DNA of 20,136 nucleotides from Oligoflexales bacterium (GTDB lineage Bacteria; Bdellovibrionota_B; Oligoflexia; Oligoflexales; Bog-1112): NCBI GenBank assembly GCA_045106415.1, contig JBGCEP010000080.1, positions 1 to 20,136 of the forward strand, read 5' to 3'. Shown piece by piece: positions 16,321 to 20,136 of this stretch (position 1 is its first letter; each line of letters starts with the position of its first letter). The notes under the pieces were generated by a model. It saw only the letters and a program-made list of their open reading frames with translations, ran no database searches and was not told where the DNA came from. The position numbers and the translations under genes were made by a program.

Positions 16321-17565
16321 TTATTTGGCGTAGACCCTTTGTATTCGTGTTGACCATAGGTGAAGCTTTTGAAAGTCTGTCAAGCTTTCAACGCCGTCTT
16401 TTTCAAATAGGAGTCGAAAAGAAAGATTGTAGCTTTTGGCCTTAAACTTAGCTAAATCAAAAAGAACAGAAACGTTAGCCTTTGAGTTAATGTCTGAAGT
16501 CTTGATTTGAGGAAATAGTTCGTCCTCAATCATTTTTTTTGATGGTGTGACTTCCATATAAAATTTAAAAAAGTCGTTATGGGAAGATAGAGACCATACT
16601 TTATTGCGAGGCAGGGAATTGGTTGGCCAGTGAGGGAGGTTTGATTTTAAGTTCAGTTTCTCTAAAGGAAGAGTGGATTGCAATGTGTATGAAATATGGC
16701 TGCCGTCTTCAAGGAGCTCGGTACTGTCAAAAGGGTAATCAATTAAAGCAGGTAGGGTGACTGCGTTAGCAAAGAAAGAAATATCTGTATACATATCGAG
16801 ATCAAATTGAAGCTTTAAGAAGTTTATTCCAATTGCGATACGTATTATGGAGCGAATCGGTCCATTTTTGAATCCAAGTAAGGTTGTGTTGACGTCGTCT
16901 CCGTCGAACTCGAGGTTAAAGAGGTATTTAAATCGAGTGTCTAGATGGAAGCTGGATTGATCGATAACTTTTTTAAGACATGGTTTTTTGGAGGTGCAAG
17001 GAGTGCTGTGGATGTCAACAGACTGTGCCATAAGATAGTTTTCTGGGTTGAATTGATAGTTGTATGTTTGTGTTTCTACTCTTGATTGTTTGTCACTAAA
17101 AAAAGTGTAACGCTGGGAAAGTTTATAGGGAAAAGGTTTTTTGAAAGCGACTAAAAATGCTGAGTAAGATGTCTTGCCTTTTTGTGTTTTTATTTCATAA
17201 CTTCCTAACACAGGATTTTTTTGTGTGATGCTCTCCCATTGAGGTTGTTGAGAGGGCCCCATGTCGTGGCCCATAAAGCTAAGTTCGTCGTCTCCTCCAA
17301 AGACTCCATCACTATCCTTTTTATTTTCTGGAAGAATAAAGTCTCCGAAACGATCTCGCTCATCAATTTGATGCGGGATTTGTTGCGGGATCCCATTTTG
17401 ATTGCGAAATAGAGCATAATGATTAGAGGGTAAGGCGCGGTCTAAGATGAGCTCTCGTGCTGAAACGACGACAGGAATTTGATATGATGAAGAAGCCCAG
17501 GATGTAGAGTTCAGAAAAAGGCAGCTCAAAACTGTACCGAGGTATATCCGGTTATGAAGCTTCAC
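16321..17565 (-). CDS. Secreted hypothetical protein, 414 aa
   Basis: Long ORF, GTG start with GGAG upstream, signal peptide ending SWA, beta-rich sequence; no family recognised with confidence. Confidence 0.75.
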   Translation of the reverse strand: MKLHNRIYLGTVLSCLFLNSTSWASSSYQIPVVVSARELILDRALPSNHYALFRNQNGIPQQIPHQIDERDRFGDFILPENKKDSDGVFGGDDELSFMGHDMGPSQQPQWESITQKNPVLGSYEIKTQKGKTSYSAFLVAFKKPFPYKLSQRYTFFSDKQSRVETQTYNYQFNPENYLMAQSVDIHSTPCTSKKPCLKKVIDQSSFHLDTRFKYLFNLEFDGDDVNTTLLGFKNGPIRSIIRIAIGINFLKLQFDLDMYTDISFFANAVTLPALIDYPFDSTELLEDGSHISYTLQSTLPLEKLNLKSNLPHWPTNSLPRNKVWSLSSHNDFFKFYMEVTPSKKMIEDELFPQIKTSDINSKANVSVLFDLAKFKAKSYNLSFRLLFEKDGVESLTDFQKLHLWSTRIQRVYAK

Positions 17566-17711
17566 GTGGACTCCACTGTCGAGGTGATCAGTTGTTCTGA
17601 TTATATCATTGGCGACTGAATCTATTGGGAAGGAAAATCTGCTGAGTGAAAAAGAAACTCTTCAGCATCAAAACATAGTGTGAAATTTGACGAACTATCA
17701 AAGGTGAACAA

Positions 17712-18446
17712 ATGAGTGAGGGGACAGGTAGAGATCGTAGGCATCATACGAGGAGAAAAGTTCAAGACTTCGAAGGAAGAGTCATTCGAGAGTCGGGCTA
17801 TGAGCTGAAAGCTATGATTGTTGATGTATCTAGGATGGGACTAGGAATTACTGCGGGTCAAGCACTGGTTGCGGGAGAGAAGCTTGTTCTTGAGCTGGAT
17901 TCTTATAAGATCCCATTGCTTGTGATCTCATCGTCGCGAGATCCTGAGATTCATGGTAATTGGCGATACGGGCTGCTTATTGATGATGAGACGTATGATC
18001 TCGATATTATCTTTCACGCTGCAGGCTTGATTGAGCTTCCGCATGACCATGATAGCCACAGTAAAGTTGCGACAAGTGAGGTGGATGCAAAACCTGGACA
18101 AAGGCCCCCTCGCTACCGCGTGGATTCAAATCGATTAAGAATTGAAGCAAAAACCATTGGGCAAAGCCATGGTTGGCTTCTAGGTGTTGAAAACGTTTCC
18201 GAAACCGGGCTATTGATTTCTTGTGGCTCGGGTGAAACACCTTTTCACGTGAACACCATTCTTGAGTTGTTGATCGATAAAGATGAAGTATTTTTAAATG
18301 AAGCAAGAATTCTTATGGGTAAAGTCGTGAGAACGGTGAAATCTTCGGACGGTGGTGCTGTTTTTGGGATCCAAGTGATCGATATCGACGATGACACACT
18401 TCCATGGTGGAGAACTTTTCTTCAGTCGGTCAGAACAGAAATTTAA
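17712..18446 (+). CDS. Tandem PilZ-domain protein (putative c-di-GMP receptor)
   Basis: Domain 1: RRHHTR + DVSRMG. Domain 2: RPPR + NVSETG, GKVVR and FGIQ. AAGGTG SD. Confidence 0.8.
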   Translation: MSEGTGRDRRHHTRRKVQDFEGRVIRESGYELKAMIVDVSRMGLGITAGQALVAGEKLVLELDSYKIPLLVISSSRDPEIHGNWRYGLLIDDETYDLDIIFHAAGLIELPHDHDSHSKVATSEVDAKPGQRPPRYRVDSNRLRIEAKTIGQSHGWLLGVENVSETGLLISCGSGETPFHVNTILELLIDKDEVFLNEARILMGKVVRTVKSSDGGAVFGIQVIDIDDDTLPWWRTFLQSVRTEI

Positions 18447-19318
18447 CTCTTCGTTTTTTCAACTATTTTTTGAACCCTAGCTGTTTCAGATAAGTTGGAT
18501 CCTTCTGCTGTAGAGGGGTCTTGTAGGTCTTTGATGAGTTTTAAGATCTTGTTGTGAGAGTCCACAACGTTTTGAACGTGCTCTTCACTATCTAATAGGT
18601 GGAGGTCAACTCGGTAGCTGACATAGAGTTCGAAGGTTGCGTATGCCAAGCGTGCGACCTCAAAGAGCCCGGCTTGTAAAGATTCTTGCCATGTTTGGCG
18701 CATCACCCGAAATAAAAAACCTATCTCATTTCGGCGGGTTTCCTCGTCAAGAGACTGAGTAGAAGCTGTTGCAAAAGTCAAAAGATCTTCAAGGGAAGAA
18801 AGCGTTTGTAGATGATCTTCGAGTGTGCGTTTCAGAATCCCAGCTTGCTCTGAATGTGATTGGAGCAGGAGATTAGCATTTTGAGATTCGTTAGAATCAT
18901 CTTTGGGTTGGCGGCCAACACCTAATGAGTCCCTCATGCTCGTGCGTAGCGCGGAGTCAAGAATGTGTTGCATATGATCTGGCTCAAAAGGTTTCTCTAA
19001 AAAGTCATACGCACCTGCTTCTAAAGCGCTTTTTGAAGATTTGCTATTACCATAACCGGTCAGAAAGATAAAAGGTAAACGAAACCTTTGTCTTCGGACT
19101 TCTTGTAAAAAACGCATGCCGTCCATAATAGGCATCATAAGGTCAGATAAGATAAGGTCTACCGGAGGGCGAGTCATAAGGATTTCAAGGGCTTCTTCCC
19201 CTTGAGAAGCTGTGACGGGGTTCATACCCATGCACTCAGCTTGCATGGCTAAGACCTGCCGAAGGTCTGGCTCGTCATCCACAATAAGAATAGTAGGCTG
19301 TTCTGATTCCTCTGACAC
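18443..19318 (-). CDS. Response regulator: REC domain plus helical, Hpt-like C-terminal domain
   Basis: ILIVDDE, LSDLMMPIMDG (phospho-Asp), FLTG, FLEKP. GTG start behind GGAGG. Shares the TTAA at 18443-18446 as stop with the PilZ gene. Confidence 0.85.
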   Translation of the reverse strand: MSEESEQPTILIVDDEPDLRQVLAMQAECMGMNPVTASQGEEALEILMTRPPVDLILSDLMMPIMDGMRFLQEVRRQRFRLPFIFLTGYGNSKSSKSALEAGAYDFLEKPFEPDHMQHILDSALRTSMRDSLGVGRQPKDDSNESQNANLLLQSHSEQAGILKRTLEDHLQTLSSLEDLLTFATASTQSLDEETRRNEIGFLFRVMRQTWQESLQAGLFEVARLAYATFELYVSYRVDLHLLDSEEHVQNVVDSHNKILKLIKDLQDPSTAEGSNLSETARVQKIVEKTKS

Positions 19319-19461
19319 GAAACTCCTCCAAATATTTAAGATCGAGTCAACTTAGTATGAGATTTATCGGATTATTTTACAGATGCTTGAGGTTTATTTA
19401 TGGAGGGGCAAAATTAATATGGCTTATAAAGCTTGTTGTAGAGGGGGTGATTGTTTGTTTT

Positions 19462-19522
19462 TTGTAAAAGTGAAAAAAACTTAGAATAAAGTGTTGACTC
19501 TTTAGGGGTGGCTACGTATAAC
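19462..19522 (+). promoter_or_regulatory. rRNA operon promoter with UP element
   Basis: A-tract-rich 19466-19490, TTGACT (19494-19499), 17 nt, TATAAC (19517-19522). Confidence 0.7.
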
Positions 19523-19566
19523 TCTCTTCATCGGGGCGACGCAGCAACAAACTGCTGAAACTTCGG

Positions 19567-19579
19567 GGCTCTTTGAAAA
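19567..19579 (+). promoter_or_regulatory. rrn boxA antitermination element
   Basis: GGCTCTTTGAAAA resembles boxA TGCTCTTTAACA and lies in the rRNA leader. Confidence 0.7.
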
Positions 19580-19733
19580 CTGAATAGATGACGAAGAATA
19601 CATACAACAGAGTGATGGTTTCATTCTTAATTGAATGGGACGCCGGGTTATTGACTCGGTTGAAAAAAATTATAACTCTGTTGCACCGATCAAAAACAAT
19701 AAGTTTTAGTCGAGTCAACAGAGCTGGGAATTT

Positions 19734-20136
<403 letters not shown>

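Noticed and set aside
3522..18306. Short shadow ORFs (3522, 3822, 5589, 6938, 8329, 8934, 11046, 11122, 11125, 12324, 12478, 13119, 13850, 14521, 15013, 15649, 16025, 17205, 17221, 18007)
   Set aside because: All overlap well-supported genes, antisense or out of frame, and show no recognisable motifs.

Overview
AT-rich bacterial chromosomal window ending in the promoter, leader and first ~400 nt of a 16S rRNA gene. The 16S looks deltaproteobacterial in the broad sense; the gene content (2TM-HAMP protein, tandem PilZ, orphan CpaF) fits Bdellovibrionota/Oligoflexia, which is inference only. Most of the window is housekeeping or stress genes: sufS, oligopeptidase A, P5C dehydrogenase, a hot-dog-fold protein, 2-Cys peroxiredoxin, HAD-IIA hydrolase, FkpA/Mip-type PPIase, bfd, a PilZ protein and a response regulator. 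The left ~2.8 kb is accessory. It holds an edge-truncated minus-strand ORF missing from the supplied track (signal peptide followed directly by an F-box-like motif), a divergent secreted tandem PAN/Apple-domain gene, and a dead IS5/IS903-group element. This pair of secreted eukaryote-like proteins is the best candidate for an undescribed host- or prey-interaction module. Other items worth checking: a GC-rich rod-like hairpin in the sufS leader, a perfect GC-rich palindrome centred on the peroxiredoxin -10 box, a secreted pure left-handed beta-helix protein, a REC protein with a His-less Hpt-like domain, and a 71-bp convergent gene overlap. All calls are by eye; no database searches or folding programs were run.
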